Shown: piece by piece, positions 36,919-50,811 of the stretch
How the letters are laid out: the number at the start of each line of letters is the position of its first letter
How positions within the stretch are numbered: position 1 is the first letter of the stretch
Assembly (NCBI GenBank): GCA_951406725.2
Contig: OX597814.1
Location: 156,054,001 to 156,118,000 of the forward strand
Source: Octopus vulgaris
Lineage: Eukaryota
DNA: 64,000 nucleotides
Reading direction: 5' to 3'
The notes under the pieces: model-generated
Told to the model about the DNA's origin: nothing
The model's database searches: none
What the model saw: the letters and a program-made list of their open reading frames with translations, nothing else
Translations under genes and position numbers: made by a program

Positions 36919-39729
36919 AGTCTAACATATCTTTCTAAAAGACATTAGCGATTTCGTGACATGGTTTATAATTTATGGTTATTGCAAATAACTTCCTTAA
37001 CCCGACGTCAAATTATGTAGATAATAATAATCTGTAATTATGATTTATGTAAAACCGTTTTCGAAATTTAGGACATTAAGACATTATAACAATTCATTCA
37101 AACAACAATAAATCATTTTTATTATTTTTAAATATATTTTCTACATATATTTATGGAAGATATAAAGTTCGACGAAGATATAAAAATATTCTTCATTCAA
37201 AGATCATGGAAATCAAGAATCCATATATGACTTATATATTATCGAGAAACACGTGGTCCATTTGACAGATTTAATGTTTAAGCAAAGAAGCTCTGATTTC
37301 ACTAATCAAAAGCTTCTCTGAAATAAGTATTTCACAACATTACAGTGAAATTCCGGAGTTTTGAAAGAATTAGATTCGAAATAAGTTCTCCCCGAAACAA
37401 GACGTCAAAGAATGGAGTGGGGCCATAGTCAAATATATCCTTTCATGTAACATACACATTCATCTACATAAAAAATCTGGTTCATTGTCAATTTTTTTTT
37501 AATGCGATGGCACTGACTACTACATTGCTTCCTAAACTATTTCCACCCAAGCCCCATTGTAACTTTCCAGAAAAATGCATGCCCCACTGGTGGTTGGGAA
37601 AAAAACAACAATAATTTTAATATTTCATAATTATATACTTCTCTTGAAGAAATATCCACTGTAGGGCATTATAATTGCACTATACTGTAGAAAAGTCTTC
37701 CCACTATGCTTGGCAGGAGCGATTGGTTAGGCTAGGCTGAGTGTATGTGTGATAGATTCGCTGTGAAAAAAGATTATCACAATTCCATGTCCGACTTAAA
37801 AAAAAGAAAACAAATTGTATCTTATGTCCCACCACAGTTTTTCCAGGCCCCACAGGTAGGAATCACTAGACTAGTACAATAAAATGTCAATCAGTAAATA
37901 CATAGAGAAAAGAATTGATTACTGAATAAATATTAAGTCAGTTCTAGTAGACTATAATAAAATTATAACATTTGTAAATATATGCTCTCTGTAAATGATC
38001 TATATGCAAATTTACTCATACCCATACGTAAACACCAAAACACTGAATATTGAGTATATTTTCCATACATATTTAGAATATTCTAATATAATGCATGAAC
38101 ATGTATATATAGGGATATTTAGAATATATATGGAAAATATTTTTCTAAGCATTTTGAGTGTTCCAATGTACTGGATGTTGTTCATGATGCAACCAGGTTC
38201 CAAAACACCAAAGTGATTTATGCGGTTTTCAGTCGAGAAATAAAAGAGAACAGTAACTATGGTTTTCTAACCCATTCTCTGGCTCTTGAACATCGGCTTT
38301 AGAGAAGAGGTGTGATGTCATTTCATAGACTGTATTTTCTTTTTCAGATCAGAAAGACAATACCACATTTTACGCTTTGACACAAGGAACATACAGAAAA
38401 ATGCGCATTCATTGGCTTTAAACACTTCCAACAGATCCTTCAAATCAGTTGTTAGCTGCCAAGGGACCATTTTGCACACCCTTCACAGTATTCAAAGTTT
38501 TCTACAACCTTCTCTTATGCATTGTGATCACAGTCTAGCGTGCGGCAAGCTCAGGGACAGTGATTTGAATGTCCGCGCGAGTAAAATCATCCACTCGCAG
38601 AGGGTTTGCACTACAGGTCGTAGTTTATCATCGCTAATTGCGTGATTTGTCTCCAAATGCTGGTTTCTTCTACATTAAACTTCTTAATTTATCTGTACAA
38701 ATTGCTCCTCTTAGCAAGATGTTGCTTTCCGTGTATTTCTGTGTATATAAGGCAGCCTGCACCATTTCTTCGACAAGAACGACTGTACATTACTTCTACT
38801 TAGAATCCATAAGCAATAAGCAACTGAAACAAGAGTTAATATAGAGGAGATACTGTACCAAGATCTGCAACTTCAATGACTTTTCATAAATATTAAAAAA
38901 ATGTTATCCTAACTTTTGCGTTAATTATAGGACAGTGTCCCTATACGTTCTTTAATTTTGAACAGAAGCCCTACGAGTATAACAACATTTCATATAAAAT
39001 ACGTTTCTTCAGTGATAGATATTAATAACAATCAGATCATACATCAGAATTATATAAAAGCAAAGCAAAATAAAAGCAATATTATAAGAAACAAAATTAT
39101 TCTTACTTAGTGGCCAAGACCTCTATACAATCTACATTATATCTAATAATGAACTATGAAACCTTCCACCGACAGGAGATATAACAATATCTGCTATTGA
39201 TTGATTTCCATAAAACAGGTGTTTCTATTAATTTGTACGAAAGACTACGCAAATCTAAACGAAAACGTACGATGTCTTCTGTCATCGATAGATAAATATC
39301 ACTAGATGAAAGTAGACCTCTGTTTATATTACTTTGTCCGTGGACATGGAAATATAATTGTAGTAATCACAGATAATTTAGATTAATGGTATCATAAATT
39401 TTCATCGAAATGAAATATATCATACGCGTCAGTAATTTTCAAAATTGTAATTATTGTCTCCCATAATTTAATAGAGTATAGAAACTAATTCAAATATCAG
39501 AATACTAATTTCTATATCCCACAGTTAAAACAGTATCTAATAATTTTTATACGCAACTAATATCGTTCTACTTGTAAAATGGCCATTATATGAGAATAAT
39601 TATCCTCTTTAAAATATTGCTTGTATTAATAAGTTCTTGCATTGTATGCCAATGTCTAATTATTGTAGTATATATGAATGTACATATGTATATGCACATA
39701 TATATTTATATATATATAAATATATATTA

Positions 39730-39797
<68 letters not shown>

Positions 39798-39842
39798 GTA
39801 TATATATGTATATATATGTATGTATACACATACGTATATCTC

Positions 39843-40092
39843 ACCGTGAACACCGTGACCGTCCAGGCTATCAGATGTTGCTACACATCGCTGGTCACAA
39901 TGCGCTTCGCATTGCTTTAGCCTTCAAATGACGCCACCCCGCTGGCTAAGCGAACAGGTCAACAGAAGAAAGAGTGAAAATTGTGGCGAAAGAGTACAGC
40001 AGGGACTCCCCCCCCCACCGGGGATTCGTGGAGCTTTAGGTGTTTTCGCTCAATAAACACTCACAACGCCCGGTCTGGGAAATCGAAACCGC
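39843..40092 (-). mobile_element. SINE family C variant, A box lost, with a different 3' tail
   Basis: GGTTTCGATTTCCCAGACCGGGCGTTGTGAGTGTTTATTGAGCGAAAACACCTAAAGCTCCACG matches 54928-54990. Confidence 0.8.
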
Positions 40093-40235
40093 CGGGCCAT
40101 TTCGCCCCCACACATACGTACGTACATATATATACATATACGTATATATACGTATATGTATATATATATATATATATATATGCATATATATATGTATATA
40201 TATACACACACACATATACATATATATATATATAT

Positions 40236-40949
40236 AACGGGAAGCTTTATGAAAATAGACAAAAGACGAAGGCAGGTGGAAAACAAACGAACAATTGTAT
40301 TAGTATGGCGCTCAGGAAATATAAATAAAACAAGTCTTTAACGTTTCGAGCCTACACTCTTCAACAGAAAGATACACAGAGAGAAAAAAACACAGAAAGA
40401 AGGAGAGAAAAAAAATGCGTGCAGTAGCTAACGAATCAACATGGCGATCTGATTTCGGCCAGAGGTCAAAGATCAAACATGAGACGCGAGAGCGAAATAA
40501 GGGGAGATAATAAGGTTGATAATAGGGTTGATAATAGGGTTGAAGGACCAGCTAATAGTGCGTAGGAGGGGTCTGGACGTGTGTATGTATAGGGTTGGTG
40601 TATGTATTAGTATGTATAAGGGTGTGTGTGTGTGTGTGTATGAGAGAGTATTAGTGCGTAGGATTGGTCTGGACGTGCGTATGTATGGGGTTGGTGTATG
40701 TATTAGTACGTATTAGTATGTATAAGTGTGTGTGTGTGTGTATGAGAGAGTATAAGTGCGTATGAGGGGTCTGGACGTGTGTATGTATAGGGTTGGTGTA
40801 TGTATTAGTATGTATTAGTACGTATTAGTATGTATTAGTTGGTGTATGTATTAGTATGGCACATCATATATGATGTGATGTGTAAAGTCGTGTGGTGTAG
40901 TGAGGAGAAGATGGGGAGGGGGGAAGAGGGGGAGAGAAGGGGAGGGGAA

Positions 40950-40950
<1 letters not shown>
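40236..40950 (-). mobile_element. (TA)n-flanked PLE-type terminal repeat with a variant hammerhead and an internal ~95-105-bp minisatellite (3 copies, 40555-40855)
   Basis: Repeat unit GTGCGTAGGAGGGGTCTGGACGTGTGTATGTATAGGGTTGGTGTATGTATTAGTA; homologous to the 4033 and 50812 elements. Confidence 0.7.
40336..40371 (-). ncRNA. Variant minimal hammerhead motif (core CUGUUGA)
   Basis: CTTT CTGTTGA A GAGT-GTAG-GCTC GAAA CG TT AAAG; stem I CTTT/AAAG. Confidence 0.55.
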
Positions 40951-40990
<40 letters not shown>

Positions 40991-41031
40991 TATATGCATC
41001 TGTATATGTCTATATGTGTCTGTATATAAAT

Positions 41032-41062
<31 letters not shown>

Positions 41063-42944
41063 AAATCCAAAGCTGTGAATAGTTTTCAGAACATTTATAA
41101 AGAGAAAGTCTTACAGCTGTTTCCAGAATATTTTATATATCCCTTCATCAAAGGCGCACCAACCATCATAATCGCAACCGACCAAACACATTCTTTGAAA
41201 GTACCCCGAAGGATCTTACAAGTAGACAATCTGGACCCCACTCGCCTGCATTTAACACTAAGTCAAAACTAAAACAGCTAACAACAACAGGCCTTGCCAC
41301 CCCCTCTATCTCCAAAAATATAGATAGCACTCCATTTTCCAAAAACGTAGATAGCACTACTGCTAGACACCATACAAAAAGTGGTGGACGCTCTATTTTG
41401 TGGTACACCCTGCCTCCTCACTTAACGTTAAGAACTGAGCTAAATACTTCTTTAAAATACTAGACTCCTACTTCCCTCGTCAACATAAATACCTTTCTAT
41501 CTTTAATAGAGCCACTCTGAAACTATCCTATTCTGCCCCACCCAACTTTGAATGTATCATAGCAGCCTCTAATAAATGAAAGCTTTCTCTGTACTATGAA
41601 CGCTCACGAACGCTCAACACACACACAACTCCAGCACGGAAACCCTTACATTAGACCACAAACAGAACCCAACCCGTCCTTCTGGCACTTCCCAGAACAT
41701 TACCACAACCTCTACCACTTTTACAAATAGTACAACTAATAACAACAATAGTAATAATAACAATAATATGAATAATAGCATTAATAATACTAATAGTTCA
41801 GATCTTCTACCTTCCTCTCTAAACTCTCGTCTGACACTATTACCTCCTCCATTCCTGAAAACAATCTCCGAAATTCACCCACTTGTAACTGCCGTCCTGG
41901 AGCCATCTACCCTTTGCAATCCCATTAGAGAAGATATAATGTAATTTACAACTGCACTGTCCTTAACACATTACACAATTCTGCAGTCATCTACATAAGA
42001 TCAATCATAAATTTTAAACAACGAGGTGTCGTTCACCTCCAAGGTTAGCACTCAACCTGCAAGCTTTGCCTGAACGAGGCACTTCACATATTCGAGCACA
42101 ACTCTTCAACACTGCCAAATAAACATAATGTAGACCTAAGTACATGCAACCACCGCATTTTCCCTACATTCACATTCTACCACAAATCCAAATGCCAAAA
42201 TAACCACACAGTATACTTCCACAATACTCCTTAGGTAATCCCCAATAATCTTATAAATCTACATTTTAACTTGTAATCCTTAACTAATTCCTCTTTCATA
42301 CTTGAGGATCAGAATCATTCAATTATATATATATGTGCGTGTGTGTGTGTGTGTACGTACGTATGTATGCATGTATGTATATATGTATGTATGTAGATGT
42401 GTGTATGTATATATATATACATATATGTGTGTGTGTGTATATATATATGTACGCATACCTGCCTCTGTGTGTGTGTATGTGTGTGTATGTATGTACTTGC
42501 ATACATTTATGCGCACGTGTGAGTCTGCATGCAAGAATTTATATATACAAAATAGATACAAATGAGCGTGTATACGTATAACATACAAGAGTATCTCACA
42601 TCTGTTTTCATTCCTCCACTTCACTCTCTATTTCATATCTTCTCTATAATAACTATTACTTAAACATTTTCTCGCACCGTCTCTGATGAAGGGATGTATA
42701 AGATATCCTGGAAACAGCTGTAAAGCCTTATCTTTATAAATGTTCTGAAAACTATTCACAGCCTTAGAGTTTTTATCTCATTCTGCTAATCTTTATATAT
42801 ATGCAATGCTAATACAGGACCTACGTTGGACACATCATTCGTATCATTATCGAACGTGGAGCTTAACTATAGTCTGTCCATAGCACTTACTCATCATTAC
42901 CTTATACCTTTGGGTCTTCGTGACACCAATACCTCTCATACCCA

Positions 42945-42947
<3 letters not shown>
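41063..42947 (+). mobile_element. 5'-truncated Penelope-like element (Neptune-type linker plus GIY-YIG), with an inverted partial pLTR at the 5' end and a pLTR at the 3' end
   Basis: Remnants AKYFFKILDSYFPRQHKYLSIFNRATLKLSYSAPPN, TCNCRPGAIYPL..NVIYNCTV..IYIRSIINFKQR and CKLCLNEALHI..NKHN..STCNHR. 41063-41155 is the reverse complement of 42678-42775. (TA)n on both sides. Confidence 0.85.
42679..42726 (+). ncRNA. Type I hammerhead motif in the PLE pLTR (mirror copy 41108-41154, minus strand)
   Basis: GTCT CTGATGA A GGGATGT-ataag-ATATCCT G GAAA CAGCTG TA; the mirror copy keeps AGAC after the site. Confidence 0.65.
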
Positions 42948-42993
<46 letters not shown>

Positions 42994-44444
42994 TATTCAT
43001 GGATATATATATCTATAGATGTCTGTATATGTATGTGTGTGTTTATTATGTGCGTGTGTCTGAGTGTACGCGCTTATGTGTGTGTAAACGTATATACATA
43101 TGCGTGTATGCGTATGGTTTGTATATAAACGTATATTTGTGTGTAGATTGTTTTATACATACCTACGTATATATACATTAACAATACAAATTTTTATATT
43201 TCGTTGTATCTCAAAAGAATTTTCTTTTATTGTATAAACATAGACGTCTTCTTCTACATTGTTTTATATTCCCAACATTTAATTATTAAAAAAAGTGCTT
43301 TTGATCATCATTTTTATAGTGTAATATATTTTTTCTGGGAAAATTAACGATATTTAAACGATGACCTTTTCTATAACTTGGTTGTAAAACCTTTATTAAG
43401 CAAAGGAAATTAGATTGGTAAAATGGGTAGCATAACTAAACGAGCTGAATGCATAGTAAAGCAGTCTGATTTGTACTCTTGTGATTCTAGGTTTGATGTT
43501 ATTGTGCAGAATCTCGGAGAAGTAACGGCTTCTGTTCGTCTTATAGTTTGTATTTGTAATATGCGATTACTCTGGTCGAATTCTTTTCCTGAAAGAGCGA
43601 GCTTATCATGATCATCACGTTGTCAATTATTCGCAAAAGCAAAGCACCAATTATTATTGTTAATTATGTAAATTTGTAATGTGTGTACAGAAGCTGGAGG
43701 TTTCAGAAAAGTTACCCGTAGTTATCCTCTCTCTGACTTTCACTGAAATATTCACTGCAGCAAGGCAGATATTTTCTGACGACACATATATTTTCTTGAG
43801 TATCCCTAGCAAAATTATCAGGCTTATTATGTTAAAACTTAATGGAAAATATCCCTTGCGCTGCTGATTGCGTGGTTATTCAATAACAACACGTTTTATT
43901 TTCTATATTTATTCTACAACAGACTTTACTTTTTCTCGAATGGCATTGCACATTGTTTTAGTGAAAGGCCGTGTCGCATTATACGGTAGTACATTGATGA
44001 CACATTTTAGGTGCCTTTAAATCATATGTACGATGTATGCCACAGAAATATGACATAATTTACATTTTAAGTTGTATCTAGAGGCTCCTAGGGTTTCACT
44101 TGATGTTTTGTTTATTTCGTACCGACCTCCTATTCTTGATTGCAAATGCATAGCCTTAGAGGTTTTCTGAAATACATTGGTCATGAGTATTCTCCAAGTA
44201 GTCGGGAAAGATACCCATGGGTGCTCATTTTTTTTTTTTTTATTGCATACCATGTTTTTGAGAAGCTTGCTTCTTACCACACAGCCACGGCTGCACCTAT
44301 ATAAATAAATAGGTATTTATTGTTATCTCACCAATTTGGTTATCTCCCCCACCCCCGTTTTACGAGAAATATCGGTACTTTTGGGTATCACCTTCAACTA
44401 AAAATATTGTTTAACCCTCAATAAAATAAAACAAAACAAAATGA

Positions 44445-44830
44445 AGGAGTGGCTTTGTGGTAAGTAGCTTGCTTACGAACCACATGATTCCACCTTGGGC
44501 AAGTGTCTTCTACTATAACCTCGGGCCGACCAAAACCTTGTAAGTGGATTTGGTAGACGGAGACTGGAAGAAGCCCGTCGTATATGTCTATATATATATG
44601 TATGTATGTGTGTGTGTGTGTTTGTGCATATGTGTTTGTCCCCCCAACATCGCTTGACAACCAATGCTGGTGTGTTTATGTCCCCGTAACCTAGAAGTTC
44701 GGCAAAAGACCGATAGAATATGTACTACGCTTACAAAGAATAAGTCCTGGGGTCGAGTTGCTCGATTAAGGTGGTGCTCCAGCATGGCCACAGTCACATG
44801 ACTAAAACAAGTAAGAGTAAAAGAGTGAAG
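44445..44830 (+). mobile_element. SINE family A, near full length with a small 5' deletion
   Basis: Colinear with 56018-56470. Confidence 0.9.
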
Positions 44831-45259
44831 AGTAAACATAAAAAGTGCAAAGATGAAACATCTTATTGACTCTGATAATATTTTTATAACAAATCATACA
44901 AAACTGAAAAAATTAATAAACATGAAAAGAGAAAAAATTAATAAACATGAAAAATGAAAAAAATTAACCTTACTGAATCTGATAATATTTTTATAGGAAG
45001 TCATACCATACTTATAGAGGCCAAACGTCATCAATGTGATGAAGTACTGAATCAAAACTGTTTTAATCCAATCTATTGTCGCCAAATTAACTCGATTTTT
45101 TAGTGGGGAGATAACCCAATTTTTAACGGCAATTTTTTAATGGGGGTGAGACAACCTAAAAGTACTAATAAATAAATAATCAAATACACACACACACACA
45201 CACGCACGACACAATTATGCATGCGCGCACGGGCATGTGTGTGCATTAGTATATAAGTA

Positions 45260-45652
45260 ACTAGCAGTATCGCCCGGCGTTGCTCGGGTTTGTTTCGACC
45301 CTTTAGAATTGGAATTTTTGAAAAGTAAACATTTTGCATTATGTAGCTTGTTATTCTCTGTAAGTGAACGTTTTTCTGGTTGATATACGCCCAAAAATGG
45401 CGATACAGCAGTCAAAAATCGTAAAAAAATAGGGATTTTAATAGAAAAAAAGCACCTTTTTGATGTAAATAAATTTTGGTGTTAATATGGTCCGATTTGA
45501 ATTTTTTCTTCTACAGAATGAAGAGCAAGCCTTCTTCTATCATGGTCTCAATTTTGCTCAACTTGCTCTGCAGGGTCTCGGAGGAGATAGTGTTAGTTGA
45601 AGGCTACCAAACCTGCCATACACAGACAAATTCAGCTTTATATATAGAGAGA
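45260..45652 (+). mobile_element. Non-autonomous Helitron/Helentron-like (HINE/Lep1-style) element
   Basis: Begins ACTAGCAGTATCG followed by the hairpin CCCGGCGTTGCTCGGG; ends ACACAGACAAATTCAGCTTTATATATAGAGAGAT. Confidence 0.65.
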
Positions 45653-46234
45653 TTACATAGTTTGCTTCGCAATCATGAGGTCTCGAGTTTGATCATGTGG
45701 CATAGCGTTTTCTGCAAGTGATTTTGTATGAGCCTCGAGTCGACCCAAGCAGACGGAAGATGTTCCATAATTCGTATCTGTAATTCTAAAGTTCAGTCTT
45801 ATTATACTGCGACTCAAATTCGACTTCAGAATTATGTTAGCGGTGCACATGCCAATGGCATATTCAACTATTCAAGTTCACTGACGTCTATAAACTTCGA
45901 GAGGAAAACCTAAGAAAGCAGTGCCCCTTATACGAAAACCTTTGCCATATCTATTTACATTTTACTTCAAGTATACATGTCTGTGTCACTCACGGAGTAA
46001 GAAATTGGTTTGCAATATTTTGTTTTTTCTTTTTTCTTATATTTTATATTGAAATCATCTTTGGTTTCTATTTTGAATTCAATCTTTAGTAGCCAATAAA
46101 ATAATATTGCTAAAGTACGACTCGGGAGGAAAAAATTACTGTTGCTTGGAGAAAACCAATGTTTTGATAAATAATAAAAATTAAAATTCTGGAACGACTC
46201 TAATATGCACAAATCTCATAGAAATATTAATAAT

Positions 46235-46418
46235 ACTTTCTATTAAAGTCGCAAGGCTTGAAATTACGTCGACTCCAGTACTTAACTGGTACTTAATTTA
46301 TCGACCACGAAGGGATAAAAGCTAAAGTCGACATCGACAGAATTTGAACTCCTGAACGTAAAGACGGACGAAATGCAGCTAAGCATGTTGCCCGGGGGGG
46401 GGGGGGGGCTCGCCTCCT
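46235..46418 (-). mobile_element. Diverged SINE family B with a poly-G insertion
   Basis: AAAGTCGACATCGACAGAATTTGAACTC..ACGTAAAGACGGACGAAATG. Confidence 0.75.
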
Positions 46419-47269
46419 TAATAATAACAAGTAATAATTATACAACTAAACCCATATCTAATTTTGTGAAAGCGGTTTCAAGCAATATACATTAAGCGAA
46501 ATAATCGTTTTCTTTGTTTTGGGGAGGATATTTTTCAATTGATTTAATTCTTACGGAATTACTACTTGTCTATTTCCAGTTAGATTGAATCACTTTAACT
46601 AAACTGCTCAGGTGGCAAGCTAAATCAAAAGAAAATCAGTCTTCTTAACTGCAATAGTACGACTAATTTTTACTGTTGTTTTCTTCTATATTTAGATAAA
46701 CAAATCACAAAAATGACTTTTTAGCGTCCACTCAGTTAACTATTCAACTAGTTAAGTGGTAAAATACTCGGAACCAGAATTAAGTACATTCGGGCAGTTG
46801 GAACCAAAAGTAGCTGATACCATTTGTTTGAGCAAATCTTAGCACATTTAAATCATGCTTCAATCATTTATCAGCTGTTCGTGTTGAAGACATTCAACAA
46901 CAAACATCATAGTAGGTAGAATATGATCCTCTGATTCGTCGACACTAATCTTGCGTTGGCATGATATTAATACAGAGAATAGGAGATTTTTGTAAAAAAA
47001 AAAAGTTTTAAGAATTGAAATTAATTGATTAAAGGGGTGCAACTCATACAAAGTTATTTAACTGATTTTCAGGCTCATGCTTTTCTTAAAATAGATTGTA
47101 TTCAGACAACTGCATATACTTGTATTAAAATAAATTGAAGTGAATTTGTATAAATAAAACTGATAAATTAAATAAGTCAAATAAGATATACGTGGAGAAT
47201 TCTAATAAGTTGTATGGCGTTATACGACTCTTCGCCACTAAAATTTGGTTCAGTTTCGCAGAAACAGGT

Positions 47270-47683
47270 CAAAAGTTGAATTCATGTGTGTGAGACAGGA
47301 GCAGCGCCAGGAAATTCTGTTTGACAGCTCGTTTGTAAATTGTTCCTGAAGAAACTGCAATAAAGTAATGCCATAAATAATTGGTTCGCAATTGTGACTA
47401 TATTCATTATCCGTATAGTGAGTTCATGCATGGGAATATAAGGCAAAACCAAGTGTATAGAATGCTGATACTCCAATACGGATAAAATTGTTTATTCATG
47501 CCTGGCATTTACATAAGTAGAAGAGCAAATGTTTCCTTTATAAGATTTTTCTGAGATGTACTGGCTGGATCGAACCCTAAATGGTCATATTCCAACCACC
47601 CCAACTCAATCATTAAGCATATTATACGCATATCAGTAGTAGCATATTCCATCTATTTTCAGGTAGGTGTTTACTTACTTTGT
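47270..47683 (+). pseudogene. Decayed PLE RT remnant
   Basis: QLVCKLFLKKL near 47325-47358 and SNHPNSIIKHIIR..SSSIFHLFS (RT C-terminal SNHP..IIK motif). Confidence 0.5.
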
Positions 47684-47786
47684 ACGTGAGCACAAAGTAA
47701 GTAAACACCTACCTGAAAATAGATGGAATATACTACTACTGATATTGCGTATAATATGCTTAATGATTGAGTTGGGGTGCTTGGAA
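47590..47786. repeat. Near-perfect palindrome with ~94-bp arms and an 8-nt loop
   Basis: 47590-47683 versus 47692-47786; loop ACGTGAGC; about 3 differences. Confidence 0.95.
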
Positions 47787-48210
47787 ATCTTTTTCTCAAA
47801 TTCTTTTGGTCTGTGGCTGAACATTTCCTCCTCCTGTGCTCTTTTTTTCATTTCCTTCTTTTTTTTATTACCTTTATCGCACGCCCCAAATACGCTTTTC
47901 CAACATGATACGCTTTTAAATTGTTCACACGCGCAAACAAATAACGCCATCCTTATCGCATATGCGTTTTTCCTCTAATCATCTGACTATTGCAAACATG
48001 CACACCGGTATCACCACCATATTCTAAATAAGCACTGCCAGCAAATCCACATTAAACTTTCATAAACACCACTAAACATACCTAACTAAACAGTATGCTA
48101 ACACCATCTATTCTTATGCCGGTTACCAGTCGCACATAGAGACATATGTATGTACACAAACACTCCACACTCTTCCTGGCTTCCTCTCACAGAATAGTAT
48201 ACACACTTTA

Positions 48211-48439
48211 GGCGAGCTGGCAGAAACGTTAGCACGCCGGGCGAAATGCGTAGCCGTATTTCATCTGCCGTTACGTTCTGAGTTCAAAATCCGCCGAGGT
48301 CGACTTTGCCTTTCATCCTTTCGGGATCGATAAATTAAAGACCAGTTACGTACTGAGGTCGATATAATCGACTTAATCCGTTTGTCTGTGTTTGTTTGTC
48401 CTCTCTGTGTTTAGCCCCTTGTGGGTAGTAAAGAAATAG
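48211..48439 (+). mobile_element. Young SINE family B with a perfect 14-bp TSD
   Basis: GTATACACACTTTA at 48197-48210 and 48440-48453. Confidence 0.95.
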
Positions 48440-48879
48440 GTATACACACTTTATCCTCATGTATTTTTCCACAATTAATTTGAGTTAATTTTGTTAATGG
48501 TTGAGCCATATTTCTCTCTCTTTCTCTCCCCTACATACTTTTCTTTGTGAAGAGGAACGAACTTAAGGGACGGCAATAGGTTGCATGCTCATTTAAACAC
48601 TAATTTTATACATTAAATTTATACTGTATAAGCCGCACGCTGTTCTCTCTATTGTCGCTTTCGTTGTAGTTGTTGTGTATGTGCGCGTGCGTCAAAAATG
48701 ATCCGTGGACATAAAGAACTTGGCGACAGCAAGTTTATAGCATTTAACAACTGCGAAGCTTCTATCTGTTTCTGATATGAAAGTCCCCCAGCTAGGTACC
48801 CACTTATGGTGTAATTTCCTTCTTAGCAACCATAATTTTGCGGCAAGTTTGACAGAATGATAGCCGAGCTAAACATTAA

Positions 48880-49060
48880 ACTCATAAATCTAACAAGTTG
48901 TGGGGAATCTGCAGTCTTAGCCACCACCAGAAAAATGTGTGAAGCCAATTTCCAATATACACCCCTTAACCAGCCTAAATCAAAGACTAGAGAAAGGGAA
49001 ATAATCAGGTATAATCCCCCCCATAACCATAAACACAATGGAGAGAAAAAGCGAGCGTAA
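48880..49060 (+). pseudogene. PLE ORF remnant (linker start)
   Basis: ORF 48857-49060 contains KTREREIIRYNPPHN, resembling PLE R.R.IIWFNPP. Confidence 0.5.
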
Positions 49061-49735
49061 ATAATTAAAACAAAAGAAAAGAGTGCATATATAAACTTAT
49101 GTGTACTATGCTAAGTTTATGTATCTATATTTGTGTATAAACTGATATGAACATTTATAGATGCCACAAACTATACAGAAAATCCAAAAGTTTAATGGGG
49201 TAAATTTCATTCAAGCACCAACGATCTCATACATACTTATACATATATACACAATAAATGCTTGTTTCAAACAATTCATTGATAAGGCAAATTTAGTCTG
49301 ACTCCTTTGTTTTCTCTTTCACTTTTTCTTTCTATCTATCTTCCTTTCCATCCTCTCTCTCCCTCTCTCTCCTCTCTCGTCTCTCTCCTCTCTCCTCTCT
49401 CACCATCTCTCTCCTTCCATTTCCCTCCTTCTTCCTCTCTCTCCATCTTGTCTCTCCTTCTCTCAAGTAATTTTATCATATGATAGCGTGATCTATCTTT
49501 GAAAGAACACAACCTTTCACCTTAAGAACAAGTATCTATTATTTTTATTTGATATATTTAGTATGAATGCCCTACAGTACTTAACGACTGTATCTTATTC
49601 TTCGATAGAATTTCTAGTTTGGCGATAAGGTAAACGGATTGACCATTGGAGATTGTTTTTGTAAGTTAAATTATAATGCTTTATTAAAACCAATATCAGA
49701 AATAACTTGAATGAGAGTATACACATTTATATCTC

Positions 49736-50338
49736 ACAAGCAGAGATACCCGGCGTTGCTCGGGATTAAAATGGCATAGCTTGTATATATCTTACAGTTA
49801 TGTTGAAGCATGTGATATGGCAAAGTGAGCATTGACGACAAAACATTTGTGGAGTAAATGATGGGCAAATTCAAGAAATATGTAATGTGTAATAAAATAA
49901 AATGACAGTTGTACGTTAATAATGAAACGTCAATAAAAAAAGGTAAATAATATCGATATCTTAGCAAATTTTAAGAAAAACATACAACGAACTGAGATGA
50001 CACAGGTATACTAATAATTATATGTCAATAAAATTAATTAATATCAATATCTTAAAAGAACGAAAAACGTTCAGCGGATTAATCACGCTGGATGTAAGGG
50101 AGACATTCAATTTCTGAAAGTTACTTCTCAAAGAGTTATCTCCCTTCTCCACGTAACACAAGAAAGGGTATTTTCTGCTCCCAGAGGGCCCGTTGCTCAT
50201 TATGTGGAAAGTTTTAAGGGTCTAAAACCATCTCTAGAACATAAGTAATGTATGTTCCCAGTTTGGAGAAAATCAGTTCTGAACTTCAGAACTTTTGCGG
50301 GATTACACACACACAAACACACACACAACCTGCCTTTC
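49736..50338 (+). mobile_element. Second Helitron/Helentron-like non-autonomous element
   Basis: ACAAGCAGAGATA followed by the same CCCGGCGTTGCTCGGG hairpin; (CA)n plus CTGCCTTT near the 3' end. Confidence 0.55.
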
Positions 50339-50637
50339 GGTTACGGAGTGAAAAAAATCTGGAAAATATCTGTACTTGTATACTCTAGCATCCCCTTATT
50401 TCAGCATTCCATTGCAGAGAATGTCTACATAACCTTTCATTTTAGTGAGCAAGAGAGTGGCAAGCAAACTTACATCAGATTAATCAGTTGGGATTTTTAA
50501 TATTTACTGCACACACGCGCATTCATGCATACGTACATATATAAATACCTACACGCACGTGTTGTGTGAAGTGTGTATTATCAAGTTTTTAAATGTACTG
50601 GACTTGTTTTGATATAGATAGATATATAGATAGACAA

Positions 50638-50668
<31 letters not shown>

Positions 50669-50811
50669 CCACATATCCGAAACAGAAGTACACTATAAAA
50701 CATATGGCAGTAATGTATTTATATATAATTAAGTCTATGTCTGGTCATATAGACTTAGCTACACATACATATATACACACATACACACACACACACGCAT
50801 ATATATATATA

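Noticed and set aside
38330-38850. Unique, slightly GC-richer segment with short ORFs, a possible exon
   Set aside because: No recognisable protein motif or consistent splice-bounded open frame; cannot be supported without RNA data.
40507-40542. GATAATAGGGTT x3, telomere-like
   Set aside because: A 12-bp unit, not (TTAGGG)n; a short internal tandem of the element.
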